Source: a virus. Taken from it: a stretch of DNA of 64,000 bases. Both the position numbers and the translations under genes were made by a program. Shown here piece after piece: positions 17,659 to 27,305 of this stretch. Each line of letters opens with the position of its first letter. The stretch's first letter is position 1. The notes beneath the pieces are model-generated. The model did no database searches. It saw only the letters and a program-made list of their open reading frames with translations, and was not told where the DNA came from. The stretch is taken from the IMG/VR virus record IMGVR_UViG_3300042090_002597, positions 1 through 64,000 of that record. One strand, given 5' to 3'.

Positions 17659-19839
17659 TTACGCCGCGGCCCGTAGAATATCCTGCGCCGCCGGGGCAAG
17701 GCCCGCGATGGCCGTGTCGACGATGTTCTGCGGCAGGCCCATACTGAGCATGCCGAGCGCATCCATAGCCTTGTCGCGATCGTGCGCGCTGATCCGGCCT
17801 TCCTGCACGCCGAGGTTCAGCAGACCTTCCTTCGACACCGCCTGGCCCTTGAACAGAGCCGCCACCGGCGGCTGCGCGTTCGGCGTGCCATCGTCGCGGC
17901 TCTGGTTGCCGACGATGCTGAGCAGCTTCTGCACATCCGCCGTCAGCAGCGCATAGCCGCTGTTGGCCTTCTCCAGCGCCGAAGCCATCTCCTGCGCCGC
18001 TTTCGCAAGCTGCGCCTGATCCGGCGAGGCGGCAGCGGCCGCCGGGGTGGCGGATTTGCCGGAGCCTTCCTTCATCTGCTTGTGGTCCGGCCACTTGTCC
18101 TGGTTCTTGGCCTTGTTCTCTTTCAGGGCCTTGGACACCGTGCCGAGGGTCTTCTCGATCGCGAGGCTGCTCGGACCGGTCTTGCCACCGCGCAGCGACT
18201 TCGCCACCGCGTAGTGCGCGCGGGCCTTGGCCAGCCGGGCCGACGCGAGCTTGTGCTGGCGGACGCCGGCGTTCATCAGACCATCGGCCATGGCGTCCTG
18301 CGCTTTGCGCACCGCGTCGCGGGCGAGCTTGATCAGGCCCTTGGCGATCAGACGCTCGCGTGCCGCGGCCTTGCGGACGGCCTTCGCAGCGTCGTCGTCC
18401 TCGTCTTCGTCGTCATCCTCGTCTTCGTTTTCGTTGACGATTTCGATATCGGTGCCGCCGCCGGACTCGGTCTGCTCGGCCTCGTCATCTTCCTCGTCTT
18501 CGTCTTCCTCGTCGTCCTTGCCCGATTCGGATTCCTTGTCGTCGTCCTTATCGTCTTCCTTGTCCGCCTTGGCGATCTTGCCGCCCGCGGCCTTCAGGAT
18601 GGCGGGGATCGCGCCGGCCATGGCTTTCGCCACCGCCGCCGAAACCGCCTTGTCGATCGCCTTCGTGTCCATGGCCGGCATCGCGGCGGTGGACAGTGCG
18701 AGTTCCATCGTGCTCATGCGCGTGTCCTGCGCCTTCAGCACCGCACCCATCTGGCGCAGCGACTTCATCATGTGCTTGTGCGCGGAAACCATGCGGCCCA
18801 GCATCTCGGTGGCGCGCTCGACACCGGCCTGCGGCGCATGCTCGGAATACTCGCCTTCCATCTTCTCGGCGCCGAAACCGGCCGCGTCCTGCGGCGGACC
18901 GACGTTCACCTTGCCCGGAGGCGTGTGGCTTTTCGGACCGTGCGCGCGGACGGTTTCCAGCTTGTCGGTGCGGTCGCCGTCGAAAATGTCCTCGACCTTG
19001 CCGATCTGCTCGTGATCGTCGCCCTCGTGCAGCAGATCCACGGCCTTGCCGAGTTCCGCGCTTGCCTGGAGACCGGCTTCCTTCAGCATCTCGGCTCGCT
19101 CGGCGGGAGTGGACGCACCCCAGGCCTTGGAGAGCCAGCGGTTGAGCATGCCCGGCGCCTTGGGCGATGCGACGTCGGTCTGCTGAATGGTCATGGAACC
19201 TCCGGAGGCATTTGACGACTTGATGGAATGGCAAGTGCACGGATTATGATCCGTGGTACAGCCGCACAGCGATGCCGTAAATTTAACGGAACGTGCGTAC
19301 GCAAGCGGTTGTTTTTTGGCTTTTTCACTGAAAAGCCATTTCTTGAATTCCTCGAAAGACATCTGTACCGAGGCGCCCGCGCGCTCGTGGCCGCGGCCGT
19401 CGGAAAATCCGTCCAGATAGGCTTGCGCCGCTGTCCGCGAATCCGGAAATCCGAGCAAGGTCTTGTGCTCGTCGAATTTCCGGCTGTCCGCGTCCACCTG
19501 GTCGACCACCCATACGGGAAGCAGATGCGCCTGGTGCGCTTCGGGTCCGATGTAGCAATCCACATGGTCGCCGTCGGCACCTTCTGTCCGCTTCACATAG
19601 CCGTAATGGGCAGGCATCTGTACGGACCAGGGCGTGCCGTCCGGCGCCGTGCCGGAGCGGGTGCGGCCTTGCGGGGTTTCGATGGTAATGTCCAGACCGC
19701 CGATGATGACGTGCGCTTTCTGGTAGTTCCCGGCTTCGGCCTGCTCGGGAGACGGATCCCAGATGCGCCGCGCCGCGCGGTCCAGATCGCCCGGCGCGGT
19801 TACTTCTACGGGATTATCGCGATGGCCGGGGTGCGCCAT
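17659..19839 (-). CDS. Scaffold-like protein with N-terminal inorganic-pyrophosphatase-like domain
   Basis: GNY.K.H, IETP.G..RSG, HYGY...T.GADGDHVDC and FDEHK PPase-like motifs; then an acidic, Ala-rich coiled coil. Internal ATG at 19194 with GGAGG RBS. Confidence 0.7.
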   Translation of the reverse strand: MAHPGHRDNPVEVTAPGDLDRAARRIWDPSPEQAEAGNYQKAHVIIGGLDITIETPQGRTRSGTAPDGTPWSVQMPAHYGYVKRTEGADGDHVDCYIGPEAHQAHLLPVWVVDQVDADSRKFDEHKTLLGFPDSRTAAQAYLDGFSDGRGHERAGASVQMSFEEFKKWLFSEKAKKQPLAYARSVKFTASLCGCTTDHNPCTCHSIKSSNASGGSMTIQQTDVASPKAPGMLNRWLSKAWGASTPAERAEMLKEAGLQASAELGKAVDLLHEGDDHEQIGKVEDIFDGDRTDKLETVRAHGPKSHTPPGKVNVGPPQDAAGFGAEKMEGEYSEHAPQAGVERATEMLGRMVSAHKHMMKSLRQMGAVLKAQDTRMSTMELALSTAAMPAMDTKAIDKAVSAAVAKAMAGAIPAILKAAGGKIAKADKEDDKDDDKESESGKDDEEDEDEEDDEAEQTESGGGTDIEIVNENEDEDDDEDEDDDAAKAVRKAAARERLIAKGLIKLARDAVRKAQDAMADGLMNAGVRQHKLASARLAKARAHYAVAKSLRGGKTGPSSLAIEKTLGTVSKALKENKAKNQDKWPDHKQMKEGSGKSATPAAAAASPDQAQLAKAAQEMASALEKANSGYALLTADVQKLLSIVGNQSRDDGTPNAQPPVAALFKGQAVSKEGLLNLGVQEGRISAHDRDKAMDALGMLSMGLPQNIVDTAIAGLAPAAQDILRAAA

Positions 19840-19840
19840 T

Positions 19841-20767
19841 TCAGGCTGCGATGCATTTCAGTACACCGTCCAACGTACGCTTGTACATCAGCGCATGCGC
19901 GGACAGATCGGCAATACCGGGGGCCATCCCAAGGCATTTGGCAAAGTGGCGCCGATAGCCGCCGAGCGAAGGCATGCCATCGACGCCGCAACAGCATTTG
20001 GTGCAGTCCGCGGCCGCGTACACGTCGTCCATGGTGCACGGCACCGCGAGGAGACTGGAGAGCGGCGGACCGTGTTTCGGATCCGGAGTGGTGTTTCCCG
20101 CCGCGGAGACCGGACCGGTGGCGGGCGCGAAGAACATTCCCCGACTGGCCGCTTTTTCCGCAATCATTTCCGCCAACAGAGATTTCGCCGTGACAATACG
20201 CGCGGGCGAGGTCAGCGCGGTATTTTTCGGCGTGCGGGTGAAAGCCAGGCTGCGCCAGTCGATTGCCTTGATCACCAGCCGCGTCGCACGGGTACTGGAG
20301 CACTCGGCTTTGGTGCAATCGTCGAAATCCAGCGGAAAACCGTAGATCGAGGCGAACCATTGCACCGGCGGATCGCTGCGCAAGGATTTCCAGAGTTCGT
20401 CATAGCGGTTGCGCACCGGATCTTCCGCACCGTCCAGGCTGCGCCGGATTTCACCCTCCACGAAGGTGCGCCGGTACGGCATCGCCTTCACGTCCAAAGG
20501 CCGGCCGACAATGTACGAGGAAGGGTCGGGAATGCCCATTCGGGCGCCGAATTCGCTGAGATGGTCGATGTCCAGGTGGCCGGTGGCGATGAAACTGGCT
20601 GCGCTGTTGATCAGCGCGGACTGCAGGACCACGTCTCCATCGAGATCGACTTCCTCGGTGCTGGCCTCTGTTTCGACTATGCGACGACCTGACCGTTCCG
20701 GTTCCCGTGCTTTTATCAGTACAGGAATCTGGGCGATAATCGCGCGATCAAGAAGGTCTGTGCTCAT
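19841..20767 (-). CDS. Prohead protease
   Basis: ASTE..D.DGD.V, G.LD.DH, ASIYG and LAFT..PKN motifs. Confidence 0.75.
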   Translation of the reverse strand: MSTDLLDRAIIAQIPVLIKAREPERSGRRIVETEASTEEVDLDGDVVLQSALINSAASFIATGHLDIDHLSEFGARMGIPDPSSYIVGRPLDVKAMPYRRTFVEGEIRRSLDGAEDPVRNRYDELWKSLRSDPPVQWFASIYGFPLDFDDCTKAECSSTRATRLVIKAIDWRSLAFTRTPKNTALTSPARIVTAKSLLAEMIAEKAASRGMFFAPATGPVSAAGNTTPDPKHGPPLSSLLAVPCTMDDVYAAADCTKCCCGVDGMPSLGGYRRHFAKCLGMAPGIADLSAHALMYKRTLDGVLKCIAA

Positions 20768-20800
20768 GCCTCGGAGCGTAGCGCGATCAGATCGCTCAAC

Positions 20801-21565
20801 CTATGAGGTCTCAGGCGTCCACTTGGCGCTTTTCTTCCGGTTATCTGCGCCCCACAGCGGCTGCAAATTGGTGTAGTGGCATGCGGCTCTGTTCTGTTCC
20901 TCGTCGATCAACTTGAAAGACGCTACCGGTCGTATGTGGTCGACGTGCCACTCACCATAGTTATCCCACGTCATGCCAGGCAGAAACTGTCGTTCTAGGT
21001 GAGCCAGAAAGCCGGCGCGGTCTGTTCCTAGAAGATCAAGTATTTTATGTTGTCTGTCCGCGCGTGTTTTATGTCGGATTATGCGCCAGATAGAAACGCG
21101 CATCGCGCGAGTAAGCCGATAAATAGGATCGCGCTTCATGCGCTTATCGCGATACTTCTTACGATACGCTCGGTATCGTGCTTTTCTTTCTTCTTCCGTT
21201 TCGACATGCTTCATAGATCGCGCTATGTCGCGACGTTCTTTTACCTTGGCTGCGTAACGAGCAAGAGTAGCTTTACGGCCTTCAGTTTTCCGCTTAACTT
21301 TTTCTTTTTCGAGTATCGCCGCCCGGTGTTTTTCGTACCAGCGCTTGTTACGTTCTGCGGCACCTTTAGCGTTGGACTCTTTTGCCTTCTCCGGATGCGC
21401 CAGTTTGTATCTTTTATTAGCTTCTCGTCTGCGCTGTTTTTGCACTTCCGGATCAAAAGATTTTGGCAGTATTTGTTTCACAGGCATAGGTATGCCAAGT
21501 GCTTTGCACCGTTTCCTTTCCGCACGGTACCATATCAAATAATCTTCTCGCCCAAGCCGTATCAT
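20801..21565 (-). CDS. HNH homing endonuclease
   Basis: GMTWDNYGEWHVDHIRP...HYTNLQPLW..DN..K; Lys/Arg-rich N-terminus; lower GC than its neighbours. Confidence 0.85.
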   Translation of the reverse strand: MIRLGREDYLIWYRAERKRCKALGIPMPVKQILPKSFDPEVQKQRRREANKRYKLAHPEKAKESNAKGAAERNKRWYEKHRAAILEKEKVKRKTEGRKATLARYAAKVKERRDIARSMKHVETEEERKARYRAYRKKYRDKRMKRDPIYRLTRAMRVSIWRIIRHKTRADRQHKILDLLGTDRAGFLAHLERQFLPGMTWDNYGEWHVDHIRPVASFKLIDEEQNRAACHYTNLQPLWGADNRKKSAKWTPETS

Positions 21566-21758
21566 GCTCAGGATAATACAATATCACCGTCCAGGTCGTC
21601 AATACGGCGCGCAGCCGATTTTACGGTTGACTTATGCCGCCGAAACTGCTTGAAATTACACAGCGGCTGGTTCATCGCCCTGCCGCGCCCTGCGCTGCGC
21701 AGCCCCCTGCGCGCCGCTTAACCGCCACCGGGTCCGCGCCTTGGTGGCGGTTTTGTTT

Positions 21759-22472
21759 TCAGGCAGCCCACATCGGAGCGGAAGCGCTGGCATCGCCAAG
21801 CTGCGAAGGCTGCCATTCCTCCAAGGCTACGCGCCTACCTTCACCCATCATGAACACCGCTCCCGACAAGATCGGGGACAACTGGGTCTCACACTTTTTC
21901 AACCACTCATCTACCGGCCGCCGGCCAATTTCATAGGCGCACCAGCGCACCGTATAGTGCGGCGAGCGCAGTTCATTCTCCAGCCACTGCATCACCAGCG
22001 GGCCGTGCTTGGAGTGCCAGTTCGCGTGGAAGGCCATCTCGATCACGAGGTCTCGCACATTTGAAGCCGCAACATAATTGAGGTGGATGCGCCCGGCGAA
22101 GCGGCAATCCGGGCAAGCGCAGATGCTCCACTGATGTCCTTTAGGAACCAGTTTCATCGCTGCCTCGCACTCGTTCTGGCGCAAGCGCCATTCGACACAG
22201 ATTGCGCAGTTACATGTCTGGTCATTCATCATGTTCGCATGTTCCAGCATGGCAACATGCGTGGCACCGGATGCAGGCAGGGAAGGCGTCTGCGCATAGG
22301 CGTGGAAGAATGCTTCCAGGCTCACCACCTCGCAGCGCAAGCGTTCCCGCTTCTCCGCCAATTGTCTTATGGCGGGATCAGGCGAGCTAAGCGCCTGGAT
22401 CGGGGTCGGAACTTGGTAGGACATAGTACCGTTTGTCGTTGTCTGGTTCACGTCCGATTCTGCCCTTTGCAT
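21759..22472 (-). CDS. Hypothetical protein (Cys clusters)
   Basis: CNCAIC and CACPDC motifs; start uncertain. Confidence 0.5.
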   Translation of the reverse strand: MQRAESDVNQTTTNGTMSYQVPTPIQALSSPDPAIRQLAEKRERLRCEVVSLEAFFHAYAQTPSLPASGATHVAMLEHANMMNDQTCNCAICVEWRLRQNECEAAMKLVPKGHQWSICACPDCRFAGRIHLNYVAASNVRDLVIEMAFHANWHSKHGPLVMQWLENELRSPHYTVRWCAYEIGRRPVDEWLKKCETQLSPILSGAVFMMGEGRRVALEEWQPSQLGDASASAPMWAA

Positions 22473-22848
22473 TGAAAGCGGCCACCCGGATAGCCTCGCT
22501 GGTTTTCAGATCATCCGGGTGCCGCCGATGATACTCCGCAGTCATATCGGCCAGGCTGAGCGGTCCGGCGGAAAGAATGTCGACCAGTTCCTTGATGATC
22601 TTCCGCTCCCGTTTCACGGGAGGTTCGGCGGTCGCCGGAAGCGAGATCGGCGGCAGTTTCATTGCTGCCTGCTTCGCTGGCGCAGCGGACGCGCCATTGA
22701 TCTGCATGGCGTAGAAACCGAAGAATACCTCCAGCGAATCAAGCTCAGCTTTCATCGCCTTGAATTTCAGGGCGATGGCCCGGATAACCGGGTCAGGAGA
22801 CGCCGCGGCTATCTCAATCGGGTCTTTGACGCGGGTCAGATCAGCCAT
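22387..22848 (-). CDS. Hypothetical protein
   Basis: 153 aa; the N-terminal SPDP.IR motif is shared with the 21759-22472 product. Confidence 0.5.
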   Translation of the reverse strand: MADLTRVKDPIEIAAASPDPVIRAIALKFKAMKAELDSLEVFFGFYAMQINGASAAPAKQAAMKLPPISLPATAEPPVKRERKIIKELVDILSAGPLSLADMTAEYHRRHPDDLKTSEAIRVAAFNAKGRIGREPDNDKRYYVLPSSDPDPGA

Positions 22849-23039
22849 CTAATAATCGCTCCAAACACGACCCCGTAGATGAGCCACATCAGCAAACCGA
22901 CAATACAGCCACCGATAAGACCAGATTGCGGCATCCAGAACTGCCACCACTCAGCATCGCGAAGCCACCATACGTCTTCGTCTTCATCTGCGTCTTCTTC
23001 GTCTTGACACGTCCGAAACATGTGCGGATGCCCCATCAT
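22836..23039 (-). CDS. Small membrane protein
   Basis: 67 aa with a hydrophobic C-terminal segment. Confidence 0.4.
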   Translation of the reverse strand: MMGHPHMFRTCQDEEDADEDEDVWWLRDAEWWQFWMPQSGLIGGCIVGLLMWLIYGVVFGAIIRWLI

Positions 23040-26000
23040 CAGTCCGCGGCCTCCGCTGTTTCCGCTGGCGCTCCGAAAAGGGTTTCGTACGCCGCTTTCC
23101 AGTCGGAAGCGCCAATCGCGCCGAACACCGGAAGCACGCCCTTGTCCGACAACCAGGGCGTCAGCAGCGCGGGGTCAATCGGATCCGCCTCCACCGGAAT
23201 GCCGGTTGCGGCAAGACAGCGCAGAACCTCCACCGGAGCAGCCGCGCCACCGGAACCAACCAGCGAGCGCAGCACAATCTTGGTGATGCCAAGATGTTTC
23301 AGGTCCGACGCCATGTCGGCGGCATTGCGCACATCCCAGCCGCCGAGATTGGCGGGGATCGGAGCCACAAGCCTGAGCACAAGCCCACTGGCGTCGGCCC
23401 CGAGCGGGATCGCTCCTTTCTTGACGTACTCCAGCGCCCGGCCGGCCTGACCTGGCATGTCATTGATGAGCAAGACCCGTTCAGCAGCCGGATCGGCGGC
23501 TTTCGGCGGCCAGTTCAACTGGGTCCGATCCAGTCCGGGAATGGCCATTCCGCCTTGGGCGAGCCCGAGCGCGAGATCGGGATGCCAGTACGGATCCGGA
23601 TCGGGCCACTTCGCCGCAAACCGTGCGTTGTCCGCCTGCAACCGCCGGACCATGCCTTCCTGATCCGCCGGATTGGACCGGGAAGTGCCTTCCGGATGCA
23701 GCAGCTCGGCGGTCATTTCAACCACATTGCGCAGCCCGATTTTCCGCAGTTTCAGGCAGAAATCGGTGTCGCTGTAGTTGAGCGGGAAATTCTCCTCGTC
23801 GAACCCGTCCACCCGATCAAAAGCCGCCCGCGAAACCATCATGCAGGCCGCGGTCACCGCGTTCATTTCATGCGTCAATGCGGCCAGCCAGCCATTGCCG
23901 GGATTGCCGTTCTGCGAACCCTTGTAGAGATGCCCGGCGATGCCTTTGTGCGCGATCACCCCGACATGCTGAACAAAACCGGCCGGATGGATCAGCCGTG
24001 CGCCTACGGCGCCAACATCCGGGCGCACCGCGTGGCCGAGCATGTTGTCCAGCCAGTCCTCCGAGCCGTTGGCGATATCGTCATTGACGAAGCAGAGATA
24101 TTCGCCTTTCGCGTGTTCCCGTACTGCCCAGTTGTTGATCGCTGACCAGTTGAACGGCCCTGACGCATCATACCGAACCACCCGCACCCGCGGATCATCC
24201 AGCGATTCCTGGTTCAATTCCGGCTCCGCGCGCGGTCCATTTTGGACAACGAGAATTTCGAAATTCGGATATTTGGTGTGCTGGCGGATCGTATTCACGC
24301 ACGGCTGGATAAGTCTTCCACCCCCGAGAGTGGGTACGACGATGGAAATCAACGGCGCTTCGGCAGAACCATCGTGCATCAAAAGCGGCTGCCATTTCCG
24401 CACCACCGACAGCGCACCGGGAATGTGATGCGCCCTCACCGCTACATTCCCCTGATAGTATTCCTCGACCACCATCTGCCGGCCGATCGCATCAACCGCC
24501 AATTCCTCCGGCGACGAAATCTCCGGCACCGTCACCAAAAACATCGGCAAATGCTGGATCGCGCCGCGCGGGCTTTCTTCCGCAATGCGCAGTATCTCCG
24601 CGTAGAGACTGTGCTTGTCCGTCACGTCATGCAGCAGCGACTTGATCCGCACCGCACAGATGGGCGTGATATAGTCGCGAGCCAGAAACATTTCTAGATC
24701 GAAATCCGGTTTCATGTCCGGATAGCGGCCGCCGTCAGCCGAGCGAATGTCGTGGTCCGCGTAGATCACTTCCACATGTTCGGCCGCGTCTTGGCATGCT
24801 TTCTCCAGTTGGCGGAAACCGTTCGCTTTCCACTCGACCGTATCGTCCGTGAAAACCACCCATTCGTACTGCGTGCCGGTGAAGTTCACTCGACCGGTGA
24901 AGTCAGCAGGGAACAGAATGGATTTTCCGGTCAGAACCGGCGCCGGGAGATCGCCTTTCAGATCAGCCCATGCCGCATAGTCGTGTCCGAAACCCATGGT
25001 GCCGGGCTGGGGGCCCGCCCACTGCAATTTCAGGAATTCCATCTCCGCAGTCACACGCTCCCGGTCGGACAGCGCCTCGCCCGGACCACCTTGTAGCAAC
25101 TGCATGTAGCCGCGAATTTGCAGCCGCTGTCCCGCCTTCTGCGTCGGCACCATCGGCGGCATCACCGCCGAAGCAAAGGCGTCCGCAGCCTGCATAACCC
25201 GGAAGCCCTTCATGCCTGCCCGCAGGCTCCATTCAAACAGAGCTTGCTCCTCGTTGCCATCGCAGCCATCGACATCGGGCAGTCCCATCAGCGCAAGCGC
25301 CCGAGCCCCAAGAAGCGCGACCGGCCCCGACAGCGCTGCCACCGACAGCCGCCGGTTGCGCATCTGCTTCGCCAGCACTTCGTTCATGGCCGAAGTGGTC
25401 TCGGCGGACACCAGGGTCCAGTGATCCTTGCGCGGGAAAGCATTCGGACCGTCACTCGCCAAAGGCAGCGCAGCTGCGATACCGTCCGCCTGCGCCAATG
25501 CAGCACGGAGCGCGTCCCAACTGCCCTGGTTCAGCGTCGTTCCCGGCCGCAACCAGAGCAGATCCGCACCGGTGCTGACTGCACGCTTGGCGGCGTCAAC
25601 AAGCCCGAACTTGCGGGTCATGTTCCGGGCCCAACGAGGCGGCTCCACATCCTTGGCCAGCGAAAGCACGACATCTTCTTTTCGCGGCGAAACCGCTGGT
25701 CGAGGTTCGAATATATCCTCGTCGACCTTCAGCCAGCCCTCGACTCGCTCTTTCAGCCGCTTTTCCAGGGTGTGGTTGTTCATCACCCAGTTCTGCAGCC
25801 GCGCCGCCGCATCCGTCCGCTCGGCCTGCGTGGTCGCCATGAACGAACGAATCGCTGCGGTCCACTCATCCGGCGCATCCGCAAAAGCGAAAGCGGGCGG
25901 CTTACCCTGCGTGTACGGCTCCAGCCTCTGAGCAATGACCGAGGCGCCGATCATGCCCGCCTCGATCAACCGCAGATTGGATTTGCAGCGGTTGAAGCGG

Positions 26001-26743
26001 TTGTCCTCCAGCGGCGCCAGCACCAGATCAAGATCCAGCTTCATCATGTGTGCCTGGTATTCGCTCGGCGGAACGCCGGGATGAAATTCAACCCGGACCG
26101 GCGGATTTTTCGGCTGCGTGCCGAAGAACACCCACTCCACTTCCTCTCCGATCGCCTGCATGGCTGGACGGATAATCTCCAGGTCACCCGCATGCGATAT
26201 GCCGCCAGCAAAGCCAACCCGCAGCCGCCCGCCGTCCTTCGCGCGTCCCTCGCGCGGCCGGATAGCCGCCATCGGCACCGCATTGCCGATGACCCGGACA
26301 TCCTTCGCGCCGAGATCGTCGCGAAACCACTCCGCCAGCGGTTCCGTCGAGACAGTAACCCGATCGCACAGCGCCATCGCAGTCTTGATGCGCTCGGACA
26401 GATTGGGAGGCATGAAACCCGCATGGAACGACGCCTTCGGAATTTCACCGAGATAGTCGTCCAGTTCGAACACGAACAGCGCATCCGGCATCGCCTTGCG
26501 GGCGTTCTTGATCGCCTCGATCTGACCATCTTCAACGTAGCGCTGGAACACGATCACATCCGGCGCCGCGGCCTGGATCATATCCGCCGGCCATTGCGCC
26601 AAATCTAGCCGTCCTTCCGCCATACCATTCTGCACCAGCGACACAAGCGGGATGGCACAGCGATGAAAGCCGCATCCCTGGAGATCGGACGCAAAGACCA
26701 GAACGAAAGGCGGACGAACATGTTCAGCCATTGGGTGGACCAC
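23039..26743 (-). CDS. Multidomain glycosyltransferase (GT4-like plus GT2 domains)
   Basis: DLVLAPL.DN.FN.CKSNL motif; GT2 motifs ISIVVPT, FNWSAINN, F.NDD, AVTAAC and D.DFCL. Confidence 0.85.
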   Translation of the reverse strand: MVHPMAEHVRPPFVLVFASDLQGCGFHRCAIPLVSLVQNGMAEGRLDLAQWPADMIQAAAPDVIVFQRYVEDGQIEAIKNARKAMPDALFVFELDDYLGEIPKASFHAGFMPPNLSERIKTAMALCDRVTVSTEPLAEWFRDDLGAKDVRVIGNAVPMAAIRPREGRAKDGGRLRVGFAGGISHAGDLEIIRPAMQAIGEEVEWVFFGTQPKNPPVRVEFHPGVPPSEYQAHMMKLDLDLVLAPLEDNRFNRCKSNLRLIEAGMIGASVIAQRLEPYTQGKPPAFAFADAPDEWTAAIRSFMATTQAERTDAAARLQNWVMNNHTLEKRLKERVEGWLKVDEDIFEPRPAVSPRKEDVVLSLAKDVEPPRWARNMTRKFGLVDAAKRAVSTGADLLWLRPGTTLNQGSWDALRAALAQADGIAAALPLASDGPNAFPRKDHWTLVSAETTSAMNEVLAKQMRNRRLSVAALSGPVALLGARALALMGLPDVDGCDGNEEQALFEWSLRAGMKGFRVMQAADAFASAVMPPMVPTQKAGQRLQIRGYMQLLQGGPGEALSDRERVTAEMEFLKLQWAGPQPGTMGFGHDYAAWADLKGDLPAPVLTGKSILFPADFTGRVNFTGTQYEWVVFTDDTVEWKANGFRQLEKACQDAAEHVEVIYADHDIRSADGGRYPDMKPDFDLEMFLARDYITPICAVRIKSLLHDVTDKHSLYAEILRIAEESPRGAIQHLPMFLVTVPEISSPEELAVDAIGRQMVVEEYYQGNVAVRAHHIPGALSVVRKWQPLLMHDGSAEAPLISIVVPTLGGGRLIQPCVNTIRQHTKYPNFEILVVQNGPRAEPELNQESLDDPRVRVVRYDASGPFNWSAINNWAVREHAKGEYLCFVNDDIANGSEDWLDNMLGHAVRPDVGAVGARLIHPAGFVQHVGVIAHKGIAGHLYKGSQNGNPGNGWLAALTHEMNAVTAACMMVSRAAFDRVDGFDEENFPLNYSDTDFCLKLRKIGLRNVVEMTAELLHPEGTSRSNPADQEGMVRRLQADNARFAAKWPDPDPYWHPDLALGLAQGGMAIPGLDRTQLNWPPKAADPAAERVLLINDMPGQAGRALEYVKKGAIPLGADASGLVLRLVAPIPANLGGWDVRNAADMASDLKHLGITKIVLRSLVGSGGAAAPVEVLRCLAATGIPVEADPIDPALLTPWLSDKGVLPVFGAIGASDWKAAYETLFGAPAETAEAAD

Positions 26744-27305
26744 CTGTGTATCGTGATTGGATTTGATCGATGATTTCAGCCAGCGGATTATCTTCGTAAG
26801 TATTCCGGCTGATACCGAGAAAACGCATCTCCTCGGCGGTCAGGCTGGGCAGCGCATCGAAAAAATCGGCCAGCACTTTTTCGCGGGGTGGCTGCACCTG
26901 AAGGGGCATGCGGGAAGTGGTGTTCACTTTTTCCCACAGAGTTTTCAACTCTTGGATCTGCTCCGGTGTCATTTCACCTGCGGAAAGCATGGTCTCCTCG
27001 ATCCGATGCACACCGATCTCGGCAAGATCGTCTTCGCTCATAAACGAGATCATGTTCCGGGCGAACTCGCGCGCATCCTTCGCTTTCAGAGTCCGGAACG
27101 ACCACCCGGCGCCGAGCACCAGGAGATGGGCATCCGGATTAACCGCTTTTATCTGGCGCGTGATCGGCGACAGAACAGATGCGAAAGCACCCGGTTCGGC
27201 TCCTTCGGGAAGCCTCACCAGCACGAACACCAGCCCCTCGTCAGGAATCGGCATCAACTCGCCAGTTAGCTCACTGGCGAGAGGCTGGCGTTCACCTTCG
27301 CTCAT
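26724..27305 (-). CDS. Hypothetical protein
   Basis: 193 aa, translationally coupled to the portal gene. Confidence 0.55.
   Translation of the reverse strand: MSEGERQPLASELTGELMPIPDEGLVFVLVRLPEGAEPGAFASVLSPITRQIKAVNPDAHLLVLGAGWSFRTLKAKDAREFARNMISFMSEDDLAEIGVHRIEETMLSAGEMTPEQIQELKTLWEKVNTTSRMPLQVQPPREKVLADFFDALPSLTAEEMRFLGISRNTYEDNPLAEIIDQIQSRYTGGPPNG

Noticed and set aside
21676-21745. Short NGC-NN run upstream of the HNH gene
   Set aside because: Only about six units in GC-rich sequence, with no AAGGTTTT terminus in register. Too weak to call an orphan guide.
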